Source: Mobula birostris
Lineage: Eukaryota
Assembly (NCBI RefSeq): GCF_030028105.1
Contig: NC_092388.1
Coordinates: 10,874,508-10,938,507 of the forward strand
Direction of reading: 5' to 3'
Length of the DNA stretch: 64,000 nucleotides
Notes under the pieces: model-generated
What the model saw: the letters and a program-made list of their open reading frames with translations, nothing else
The model's database searches: none
What the model was told of the DNA's origin: nothing
Made by a program: the position numbers and the translations under genes
Shown here: piece by piece, positions 38,771 to 50,840 of the stretch
Layout of the letters: each line of letters begins with the position of its first letter
Position numbering within the stretch: the stretch's first letter is position 1

Positions 38771-39865
38771 CCGCGTCTAACAAATATGAAAATGTCGCCT
38801 CACGAATGGCACGCCTTGTTACTTAACAAAGACTGTCAATGTATAAGATTAATAAGAAACAAAATGCACACGGTGTCACTTTTCGGTCACTTCCAAACTT
38901 AGCTTCGCGTATCCCTTACGAAATCTCATTTCATTGAATAAAACCTTTTGTTTTGTTTCCCGTGTCGAAGTCCAATAAATGCACAGTTGTGCAGCTCTGT
39001 GGGATGCGGTGCAAGCCTGCCCGAAGATGTATCTTCGAAATGTACCATTTTATTTGTTTTATTTTGTTTTTGACTCGGAGACCGGCTGTTTTAACCACAT
39101 GCCCCAGATAGAGATGCGAAACAAGTACACTTTGGCATGATGCAATCTATCTGATAAATCCCGAGATGGATTCGGACGCCTAATGAAGAAAATATGAAAC
39201 TCTTAATCATCTAAACTACTGATTTGCTGTTCGGAAGAGTTAAGACTGGTAAAGTGTAATTTCTGATTTATTAAAACGCGAAAACAAATCTTCCATTCAG
39301 TGCCTCAGAACTTGGATCCTCTTTTACGTGAAACAGATTTCATGAACTCGACTCTTTCTAAAATTAAAATTTGGTGAAAGTTCTTAAGATCCCCAGGTTT
39401 TGGAAATGTCGTAAAAAGCGTTAACTTTGCCTCTCTCTTTAAAATGGCTGTAAATCTGCCCTTGCAGTAAAAATGTCAAATGTGCACGCAGGCGAGCTAA
39501 CACTTGGGGGTCTTGGCTCTATCTGTGTTTATTATGGAAAAAATGCTTTGGCGACTGACCTACATTTGCTCGTCTTCAGAAACGCCCTGTGTTTATACGA
39601 TGAGCTCTAATTCCCCATTTTTCGACAAAAAACGTAAATACAGATATCACCCAAGTTAATTAGTAGACTGCTTTATTTACTGGCAATTTATTTGGTTAAT
39701 GCAAAACGATGCACTCTAAGCCTACCAAAGGAAAATCATGGGGCGTGTGGTGGTGGTGGGGGGCACAATAATTTTAGAAAGTTTGTATTTCTTATAAAGG
39801 GCGTTGTTTAACAGGAAGTAAGATTTTATTAACATAATCTAGACCACATTATTTCATAACATTGT

Positions 39866-39925
39866 GGGCCGTATTATACTTAATTTAAATATAAACATGC
39901 ACAGAATGTATTCTAGGGGGTGTAC
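39866..39925 (+). pseudogene. Possible degenerate mir-10 remnant
   Basis: CACAGAATGTATTCTAGGGG is 17/20 identical to the recalled mir-10b 3p arm CACAGATTCGATTCTAGGGG, ~1.8 kb upstream of Hox4; 5p arm barely recognisable. Confidence 0.45.
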
Positions 39926-41559
39926 AAAATAAATTCGCACAAGAAATGTATGTTGCTGTGTTAAATTGTCCCTTCTTTGTACAGTGAGCAGTGGAAATAA
40001 GCGTGTATTAATTACACCGAAAGTCAATTGATTTTTACAGCATGGTATTTAATTGAACGCGTTCTAATGGGCGATTACACTCCGCTGCAGAACAGGCTGG
40101 GCTGGTAAATGTACTCTACTAAATATGTGTTCCAGTGCATGGAAAAGATTCACTCTAATAAAATGTGAGCAAATGTGCCTGGATACAGTGTGCCGTTCAA
40201 ACAATAAAATTGAGATTTTAACGCATCCCTTATTGACAAGAACGAATGCTAATGAATCACTTTTATGGCAGTCCAGAAAGCATATTGCATATGCTTATTT
40301 TGGAAATGTAACGCGCAATGCAGCAACTTGGCACTTATTCTGTTGAGGGCAACTTCTTATTGCATGTATTCGAAAAATATCAGAATTCGCATGTAAGCAT
40401 GATAGAATTTTAATCAGGTTAACTAATCTAAAACGCTAATCAGCGTGCTCAATTTATTATTGTCTTTTGAAGGAAAAGACAGCAAACATTAGAAGGCGTT
40501 ATCAAATACCACTGGTGTTTTAATGCATTGCTTTAACAGATAGCATTTATTAAAGTTACATGTTTCATTCATCCACTCTTAACCATGATATTGTAGAATT
40601 ACCTGGAAATTAATTGTTTTTTTCAGTAATTAGCTATGCAAGGAGATGAAATAAGCTTCGTTTCAGATTGAAATGTGCAAAATTAACAAAGTTTAGTAAA
40701 TTCCCTTTAACATATATCCATTCAAATTAATCGATTTACTGAGCATTTGTGCTTTCTGCATGCTTTTATACATAAAAGTAATGCAATCAGTATACATTTT
40801 AACAATCCATTTCCAATAATACAATGTTCGTTTCTGTCACTCGTATTTCACCTAGCTCAATTAAATCAGATTTTAAAAAATAATATCATAGGACAATATT
40901 AAATTAAAAATATTGCACAATCGAACAACTAAATGGGAGTTTTAACAAAATTTTATTGTATCATGTTGTTGATATCAATTGAATACATCACGTTTAGTAG
41001 TATACATGAAGCAGTTGGACACAATCTTCCAACACTTAGCGAATGTGATTTTACATTGAAATCTTACTGAGATATTCGAAAAGACACAAGTTTTATTTCA
41101 TTAAACCTAATATTTCTTAGAATTTTATGGGAATTCTTTCAAAGGCTGAATCTCAGAATGTCTTCAATGGTATCTGTTACTCCAGTGAATTCTCGGAATT
41201 ATGCCACGAAATAGCCTTAACTTCCCTGCGATATATAGGTGAAAATGCTTATAGAGTCGCATTCTCAGAAAATAGTAAACTATTTAAGACATTATCAGAC
41301 CGCTCTTGATACTATCTTGTGATATTTTCCCCCGTTAACACACATCTTGCAAATATCTGTTGTCTATATAATATCGTGACATCATTGCCTATTTAAAATT
41401 ATTTTACAATTAGGTGTTTTTCCTGATTACTACGGTTTTTTTCTATCTATGCGGCAACATAATTTCGGGGAAACGAGATTTTGAATGATAATATGGAATT
41501 TTTCACTGGACTCCATGCATTCATCATTGGTGTATTTCCTTATCCGGGACCCACAGCCA

Positions 41560-41686
41560 CTCGTCCCATTGGCTGCTTACATCACATGAACAGCTAACTT
41601 TATACACTTGACAGCAAGTAGGAGGGTTTTATGGAACAGAAAAACGACAACGCGAGAAAAATTAGTATTTTGCACTTCAGAAATTA
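41560..41686 (+). promoter_or_regulatory. HoxA4 promoter and conserved Hox4 5' UTR
   Basis: CCATTGG, CACATG, TTGACAG, AGTAGGAGGG, GAAAAACGACAACGCGAGAAAAATTA, AGAAATTAATG, characteristic of PG4 leaders. Confidence 0.8.
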
Positions 41687-42104
41687 ATGACCATGAGTTC
41701 GTTTTTGATAAACTCCAACTACGTTGAGCCAAAATTTCCACCTTGTGAGGAATATTCTCAAAATAACTACATACCAAGCCAATCTCCTGAATACTACGAG
41801 CGACCGCGGGACACTGGATTCCATCATGAGGCACTATACCCACAATCAAACTACCCAGAGCCGACCTACAGCTTCAACAATGTCCAAGGCACTGGCAACC
41901 AGGACATGTCGCAAAGGGGTCATATGCAGTCGCAGACTAGCCTCCAAAATCACATACCGAGACAGAATCAGCTTTGTGAAGTGGTCCCAGTAGCTACACC
42001 AGCATTGTGTGGCCAAAACGCGAAAAATCCCACTGCCCAGAAGGGTACTCTCAGCAAAGAGCCCATAGTTTACCCGTGGATGAAGAAAATTCACGTTACC
42101 ACCG
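41687..42104 (+). CDS. hoxa4: HoxA4 coding exon 1
   Basis: MTMSSFLINSNYVEPKFPPCEEY, KEPIVYPWMKKIHV; phase-1 donor G|GTAAGT. Confidence 0.96.
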
Positions 42105-42189
42105 GTAAGTAACTAAAGCAAACTGAAACAATTAAAATTCACTTGAAATCGGATGTGCGGAACCCTTTCTGTAACTAGCCCTTTCATGA

Positions 42190-42247
42190 GATTTACGATC
42201 ACCTAACTGTTAGGTCGGTAATTACAGAGCCCATAAATTTGATTGCT
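42190..42247 (+). promoter_or_regulatory. HB-1 element in HoxA4 intron
   Basis: GATTTACGAT...GTAATTACA...CCATAAATTTGATTG, the typical Hox4 intron homeodomain-binding element. Confidence 0.7.
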
Positions 42248-42453
42248 CTGGATCTCGCTTCTGGCCATGTGTCTTTGATGCTTTTCTAACCTAAATACCC
42301 AGAGCCATTTTATTGCAGTAGATTGTTCTCCGTTGTCAGAACACTTTGACAAAAAACTCTGGACTTTTATAACCTTCATTCACGTGCATCTAATCCCATT
42401 GTCAGATTCGTGCCTGTCTCTGTATTTATGTTTGGTACTTTTTTTTTGTTCAG

Positions 42454-42779
42454 TGAACCCAAATTACACTGGAGGAGAGCCCAAACGGTCTCGAACTGCT
42501 TACACGAGACAACAAGTATTAGAGCTGGAAAAGGAGTTCCATTTTAACCGTTACCTAACCAGGCGTCGACGGATTGAGATTGCACACACTCTTTGCCTGT
42601 CTGAACGCCAGGTGAAGATCTGGTTTCAGAACAGAAGGATGAAATGGAAGAAAGATCACAAACTGCCTAACACTAAGATGCGTTCTGCTAGCTCATCATC
42701 TTCTACAAGCCAGCAAACACAAGTATCCTCCCAGGGCCCACAGCCAGATGGTTCAGCACCAAATTCATCAAGCCTATAG
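42454..42779 (+). CDS. hoxa4: HoxA4 coding exon 2 (homeobox); spliced protein 247 aa
   Basis: [78 protein letters not shown]. Confidence 0.97.
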
Positions 42780-45268
42780 CTGCTTCGAGTCTCCAACCCC
42801 TCTCCCACAACATAGTTTGGACCAAAATGTGTTCGCCACATAATTGACTTGAATGTGGAAGGATTTCTTGGCAATGAGAATTTTCTTCCAAAGGAAATAT
42901 GCTGTTAACCTCATTAGGGCCACGCATTTCTATTGTGTTAACCCATTCTCAGCAGACTTTAAAAATGTTTTACTGTTTCATTGGGTACGTTCTGTATCCT
43001 TCAATATCCCTACATGAACCGATGCTAAGTTCTGTCAAAGTGGCTTCTACCATGATATTCAAAGCAAAAAGAGCAAAGGACCGTGAATAATAGATATTGT
43101 GAGGAACCGTAAGCGTCATCATTTCAACTAGTGTAGTCTGTTGAAATATTTGTGAGAATATAAGAATAAACATGTTTTAGAAAATGAGAAGGGCAGCAAT
43201 ATTTGTGGATGTGGAAATGGTTTTTAGAGCAAATAAACTGTTCAGATGCTACATATATAGGAAATAAATTATGTCGCCAGCGTTATTTAAGGTGTTTTCT
43301 TTATTTTAAATCTGTATCCTCTATATAGTTGTGGTACTGATATCAGTATAACGAATGTGCAAGAAGCTTATTCAGAGATTTCAGACGAGTTGTATATTTA
43401 ACAATTTTGGTACAGTCCAAGTGTGACGAAACTGTACAAATCATTGGTAAGATTTGTGTATTTTCTGTGGATATTTCAGTGTGCTATGTGCAGTGCCAAA
43501 TGTTCCTGAAACGAAAGACATAATTTACAGTGTATAAACCAAAGCCCCAGGCTTTAAATAAAACGTTAATTCGTGGACCATCTCAGTTCTTATGTGTACA
43601 ATTTACTTGCAGCGAGGATTTGGTAAACACACCGAAGCTGAGAACTCCTTCCACTCCAAAACGTGACCATACATTTAAGTGATTGTTCACGTTTTTAACT
43701 AAAAAATCTAGCTTTCTAAAAAAAATTGCAAAAAATAGCCCGTGATTCCTAAGAATAATCCAGCGAAAGAGGATAAGTTATTGTCTGGGTCTATAATTCA
43801 TCTTTCTACAACCTTTCCACATCAAGTTCTACGTCACTAGGTCGTAAATAATGCAGTAAAATGTGAGGCGATCAAATAATAAGTCATCTGCAAGGTGGCG
43901 AATAGGGCCTTTTATAAAGCTAATTGTTATATTTCCGATCCTGCAATAGGGTATATATAATCATGTGAAATTATTCTTTAGATTGACTTTGCATCTAAGG
44001 GCCAGGGAAATGCTAAATTTAAATTTCGCTAACCAGTATTACTTGTTCTCAATGGTCAAGGAAACATAAATTGCGGGAGCATAAAGCGAATATTTACTGT
44101 TATATAGTTTTGCTAATCTTGTAGAAGAGGCTAGCTAAGCAAGAATTCACTAAATATAAAGTCGTATCTATCGATTTCTAACATTACGATAATCTAATCT
44201 GCTTGATTATATTGTTTGTTTGAAGCAACGCTGATATCAGCGTTCCTGAGAATCAGCGTAGTTTTTTTCTGTGTATTAAATGATGCGTTCTTCAAATAAT
44301 AGTTTGGTAGAGCAATTGTTTAAAGTTCACTCAAGGAAATTTCGTTCCTTTTTAAAAAATTATTTCTCTACAAAATATAACAAGAACAAACAAAGTCAAA
44401 ATACCGAATGCACCACATTGTGGCGAAGGGAAAGCATTTTAAGCGCGTTGGGTTCATTTCCTCCTAAAATTATTGCCTAAAAACTGGAATAATCTGTGGT
44501 CACGCACAAAATTCTCACGAATAAATCAATCAGAAGCTTTTCCCGGAATCTCAGAAAAATAAACTGAATTGTACATTTTACTTTCTAACCGCAATCTTTT
44601 AAAATACATTGTTTTTTAAAAAGAAATTGCAAATAACCAGAGCTAATATCAAACAGAAACTTTATAAAACACGGCTTCTAAAAGGTCTTTAAGACAACTG
44701 CAAACGAATATAGAAAGGAAAAGAAAGGACGACGAGAAACTTCAGCCATTAGACAACCGTGCTTGCTTATCTGAAAAAGGAATTTTAAACAGATTGAAAA
44801 TAACAGATTTTACCCAGAATCATTAATCACCTCATTCAATAAATACTTCTTTGTATACTTCAACAGCAAGTCTGAAGGGTGTTCTTTTAGAGAAGTGTAT
44901 GAACACATTGGATCTCTTGAATAAAATGTGGCCATCTCGACACACACCATGCCTCTCTGCAACCCCCCCCCCCCCAAGATCCTTGGAAAAGTTGTGGAGT
45001 TTTAGCTGGACAACGTTATTACAGCAGGAAATCATAGGACGCATATTTCAAAGGGCAGGCGGCAATTTACAATATGTAAAAGCAGTTTTGCAAAGTGCAA
45101 GTTGATTATAGCCTGTCCTTTATTAGACCAAATTTTAGGTGCCTTGAACACATGAAACCCCAGTTTGCATCTTTTTCTTTCTCTTTGATGTTTTTAGTTT
45201 ATTGTAAATCGAACGGCCTTTTGTAATAAAAAGTTGCATTGTTTGTCAACGGCTGGGCAACCAGAGTG

Positions 45269-45285
45269 AGTTCACCAAGAGGACA
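45269..45285 (+). promoter_or_regulatory. DR5 RARE 3' of HoxA4
   Basis: AGTTCA-ccaag-AGGACA, matching the Hox4 3' neural RARE type. Confidence 0.8.
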
Positions 45286-46549
45286 AATTTTCTGACCGAT
45301 TAGCCGTTTTTAGCGTTGCAGACTGACCCCTCAAACCCTTGACCTTTAAGAGATGGACAGTGCTCTTTCCACTATTTCCTATGCCCGCAGATAGGAACTA
45401 AAAGAATACAGCTCGTTATCAAAAAAGCTGTCTAAGATGTCCAAGCAATGTGCATTTAAACTACCTTGATGTATCCAACAATATTGAATATTACACACGC
45501 AATAAAGCACAATCACACATATACATTCATGGACATACACGCACACGCAGATCAACTGTATCTAACTTCATGTTTTTAAATGTGCGGCGTGTGCTTATGT
45601 AAAGGAGATTTGTCAATGATTTATATACAAGCTCGGAAAGTTGCACGTGATAAGAAACAATGGTTGTTTTGAATGGTTTAATTAATAACACATTTTTAGT
45701 TAATGACTTAAGAGAATGGATTCAATCCTTCACTTGTAATCGTGAGATAATTCACCTATCGGAGCACTCCATTGTTCGGATTATTGAAGAGAATAACTGT
45801 TACTTTTTTTCCTCGGCCAAACACGTGCTTACTTTCTTGATATTATATGTTTTGCAGTCGACATTTACGAGAGTTGTTGGCAACTGACTAAATTTATTGT
45901 AAAAACATTTCTTCATTCGAAACATGTAAACGGAGTCACAAGTGCAAAGTGCCCAGAACAATATGGGTTGAGTCTAAAGCCAACTGAGGTTGTAAGCAAA
46001 ATTGCCACCAAACCATTAAATTTACTGGGACTGTTATTAAATCGACTGTTTTTGCTGCACAATGTTCCTTGTCACACTTAAAATAACCAGTGTATGTACC
46101 ATGATAATCGTAGGATGTCGAAGACCTCTAATCACAAAATAAAGCCTAATACACATTTGGGTGGTATAATAAAATATCGACTGTGGCTAGTGAGGGTCGA
46201 TTCGGTGTCAAATTTAACAGCCTTATGGGGATGTAAAGTCACATATGAAAGAGTTAGCCTTCCCTGTGACTGTTATGTATGCGGAGTACTGTAACACTGA
46301 GCTTCAATATCAAACTGTCAGGCGAACAATAAAGACAGCTTGAAGAAATGCCCAGGAATATTGGACTGAGGCAGCTCGAAATGTAGGTGACATAAATGGC
46401 GGACCTGTCAAATCTGGGATCAGGACAAGCCAGTCATTTTTTTCATTATCACTTACCAGCGAGCATCCAAACACTAAAAGAAACCCACGAACAATAAAGA
46501 TTCAAGTAAGAAGGGCGCAAAGAGGAAAAAAAAACTCCACACTCCAAGA

Positions 46550-46774
46550 TAAAGGGTCACGCGTCTCCTCCGTGTATGTATTGAAATTTTAATCTCTCCC
46601 GTCACGTGACTCATTAAATAATTAATGCAGCCGGTCCGGAATAGATATGTAGTCGTCAGTATTCGCACTAGATCTGTTTCAGTCTGATGTGAAAATGAAG
46701 TTTCCTTAAAAAATAAGTCTATAATTGGAAGATCTGTCTCAGAGTGAAGTGGTACAGATCAGCTAAGAATTGTG
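46550..46774 (+). promoter_or_regulatory. Upstream HoxA3 promoter / non-coding exon
   Basis: GGGTCACGCGT, GTCACGTGAC palindrome, TCATTAAATAATTAAT; donor GTG|GTAAGT at 46775. Confidence 0.55.
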
Positions 46775-49700
46775 GTAAGTAGTGTTTTTATGATCATTCC
46801 TTTATTCTGTTTATGTTTTAACATTTTTTTTATTTCTTAAAACTGTCATAAATGTGATGAATAGCGCCCTTTAGTATTCAGATTTAAATCACGGCATGTC
46901 TGTGATGGTGTTTAGTCAGTCTCTCGCGTGTCAGTAATATTTTAGATTTTTTCATGATTAATTGCAACAAATACAAACACATATGATGATGTTCTAGTTC
47001 ACAGTATGTATGCCTGGATACCACGGTGTAGCTGAGCTGCTTTGTTCAATTTTCCTGTCGTTAATAAATCACCATCTCTTACATGCGCAGGGCTGCAACT
47101 GTAGGCAGGAGCGTTTGGAAATGAAGAGGCATCAGCTAAATTCCTCTATGATTCATTAATTTGAGCGATTTACAATAAATGACAGAGTTATGCTGCTCTA
47201 GTAAATGTACTAACATATGTAATTCTGAACAAAGTGATGCACTTATTCTGACTATATACTGCCTGGCTCTTGTCTAGACCTGATTTGCAACTATGAACAA
47301 TACACATAAGACTACAGAGTTGTATAGAAACACCTGTCTTTATTATATGTTGCGATAATTCCCCAGCCCTGTTGATTATTCAAATTTTAAATTCATTTAT
47401 TTTCATCCGTTGTTGGAATAAACTTTGAACTCATATAGATGCAATTTGTCTTCGCCAGAGAATACATTCATCCTTTTCAATATTCTTTTCCTATTTAACA
47501 GATAGATTTGGTTTTGTTACCTGGCGAAAGGGCATTCATAAAATGTGCATTTGTTTGCACTCGTAATTAAGTACTGCTCCCAATATTTACAACAAACCAT
47601 CATTAGTAAAAGTACATAGCACTTAATTAAATGTCTTATCGTTCCATTCAAGTACATTTTATTAGTCCTACTATTCGTTATGATCAATCAAAACAAGATA
47701 ATTGCAACAGTATACCGGCTAGTACAATGCTTGAACTTCCGGGCTGGCATTCCAATAAAACACTTCTGTAATTGGATCCACCTCCTAAAATTGGAACAGC
47801 ACAAACACATTATGAGTTGCACATTTGGCAACTGTCCTTTAATTTAACATTGAATGCTTCTTACAGATCTGGATCTCTCTATTCAGAAACAGGGCAAGCA
47901 CCAGGATTACCAAATTGGGATTTGAGATGGGCTAGAGACCAGAGTTAAGGAGGTAAAAAAATGAAATGGAATTAGGTGTAATGCCGAAATTCCATGGCTA
48001 GTCTCAGGTACACTTATTTGGGAGTAACAGGTGGTTAGGTGCTACAGTTCATCGGAATCAGTGGACACTAAATGAAAATGTCATTTATTTTTCCAAGAGT
48101 GTTATAAGATGAGAGGCGGTATGCTCTCGGCAGAGCAGATTCCTTCCGCGTTAAAATGTATTACCCAGGCGCAAAATAAGGTAGTCATGGAGCCATTTGA
48201 GAGTGTCAGTTTGGTGGTTAGTTGAGGGAACAAAAGCCTTGGGTACTTCCTTTGTTAGGGGTTCACAGCAACCTCAAAGAATTCACTGGAGCCACAAACA
48301 TACAGCTTGATTTATTTAAACATTTCTAGAATTAAATGTGGAGCCCACTAATTATTTCCAGGAAAACCAACTTCAAGATACTAATAAGTATAGGTTAACA
48401 TCCCTATGTTTTCCAGACACATTTGTGGGGAAACCTCCTCTAACTGCAGTTGTGCAGGGCAGTTATGTTCCTTTACATGTTAATTTGTTGTAAAAAAAAG
48501 ATTGGCAAAATACAAGTGCTTTGTGCAACTACCCTTTATTTGCCATCTGGTCCCTGCGTTATTCTAATGTAAACCTCCCTAATGTCTGTGTTTATAAAGT
48601 TAGTAAGCAAATTTCATCCCATTTATTGAAGCTAACACGCGATTCCCCAGCTATAATCAACAAAATACAGTGAAGCGGGTTGAAATACTAGCGCGTTTCT
48701 TTGTTTAATTATTACTCGACTTACAAGGACTTCAAAGAGCCACCGCCTATTTCCGTTTCTCTCATTTTTCCCGTTTCATGTAACTATCTACAAGCGTTGC
48801 ATTTCCGATTTGATTTGCAGTTTTATCACAGACAGAATAAAAATACAGTTTAAAAGTGAATATTCATTTACGACCTTCCCGTGTTGGAACATTGAAAATC
48901 CAGTTGGGATTAGAAATTTTCAACAGCGCGCAAAATGGGAAATAAAACTCAAGTTTCTAAGAAAAAAGAGGCTGCTAGTAAGAAAGACCCTCAAGAAAGA
49001 ATCGATTTGGGATAGAATGGCACAGGTGCCCTTAATCTGTCTGTTTACTCCTTAAAATCCGGTGGATTAATGGTAATATTATGCCCGCAGTAAATCGAAT
49101 AAATATTATTGCCAAATTTTTGTTAGGTTAGAAGTAATGAGAAAGCTCAAATTTTCTGGTTAGTTTAAACTGTCGTTTGATAACTGGAGTAGTTTTATGG
49201 CGTGGAATGAGATGTGCAATAAATTACTCGACCTTAATGCTTTGTTGTGATGGGTTTGTCAATTGGACCCGCACACAGAAATGAGTTTCTCATATGCCAC
49301 TCTGAAAATGAAAACCAACCAGAATTTTACTGGTACATAACCGCTTTACTTTTTTTTAAAAGAGACCTTCCTTTTACGGTTTACATCAATTAGATTTAAC
49401 CAAATACAATTGTTTCATTTGGCCCTCTCGTTTGTTTGAATGGTTTATAAATTCTTGGGTTCTCAAGCAGATGCACGTCAGAAAGAAATGTGCATGGAAT
49501 CCCAGTTTAATTACTGTTTTGAGGTCCAAGTAAAATAGTTTTCTTCTCTCTTTCTTAAGCAGCGTGAATTGTGAGATTTCAACGCAATAAATTATCTTAA
49601 CCGGTTATATTGTTTGTTAAATACGAATATCTAGATTTTTGTTTTTTTTTAAAGTCAATGAACGAGTGGCAGTGGTTAGGGTTTAAAGTGCAAATCCCCT

Positions 49701-50754
49701 TTCCTCTGTTGCAAGGTTTCACCCTTACCTCAGTAACGCATTTGGACTTAGCTCTTCTCAAGCCTGGTGCAGCTGTTTCCTAAATCAACTTCGCATATAT
49801 GCAATGTCAGTTTGCAAGCATACTCGCTTAACAATGAACCACAGAAACTTTATTGTATGCGGTTAATAACCAAATTTAATCCAGATTCTGCTAACAATTA
49901 TTTTTAAGTCACGTGAACGGATTCCACAAGGTTTTTTTCCCCCTCGGCTTGGCCCTACTTGTTTCCCGGGCTCTTTTTTTTCTCTCTCTCTTTCTCTAAT
50001 ACACAGATCTCACAGAAAACTAGTACCCCAGACGGCTGCAGAAACCTATAAGGGAAACAGATCAGCACTTTGCAGGGCGCCGAATCAGTATTAGGGGAGT
50101 AACTTCATTCTCCGGCCTTTCTGTTTTGAGAGAGGTTTGTAGAAAGGAAATGCGCCTGCAGCAAGCACAGTGCAAGATATTCAAAACCACCGGATAATTT
50201 GGAAAATGTAGGATCTTCAGCGTGCGTTGAAACTTTTCCCCTGAAAGCACATTATCAATTTCACAGCAGTCTTTATCTGTCCTTTGAGGCTGGTTTGGAT
50301 TTGGCTGAATTGTCAGGTAAGCTATAAGACTTCTTTTAGCTCTGTCTATCTGCACAGAGGAAAAAAATTCCAGTTCAGTTAGTAATTGATGACTCAAAAT
50401 TTGACCTAAGGAAAGGGAAGTCATTGCTTATCGTCAAGCCCGAAGGCCCCTTTATTTGGATCCCTCACTCTTTATAATGCATGTGTTGATAAAAGTAATT
50501 TTCTCGAATATTTTCAGGTTGAATTTTGTATTCCTAAAAGTCTTTTCTGACTTTCCTAGGATTGAAATACAGCCTGACTTCGAAAAGTAATCTAACGACA
50601 TGCCCTGAGCTTTAAGCGAATTCATTGCCTGGATGGATCCCCTGCTCAATTCACTCTTTTAACTTCTCTACGCTAATTTTTTGACCTTCCCACGTCCCAA
50701 CAACAGGATATTTCCTTCTGCAAAGAAAGCTGGAATAAAAGATCGACTCTTTTC

Positions 50755-50840
50755 TTTCTATCTATCTATCTAGCCATTTATCTATCAACCTATCCATCTA
50801 TCTATCTATCCATCTATCTATTTATCTATCTGCCTATCTG
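50755..50840. repeat. (TATC)n tetranucleotide repeat
   Basis: Directly visible, degenerate. Confidence 0.85.

Noticed and set aside
44227-44244. 18-bp perfect palindrome AACGCTGATATCAGCGTT
   Set aside because: Isolated, with no recognisable context; could be a chance or local duplication event.
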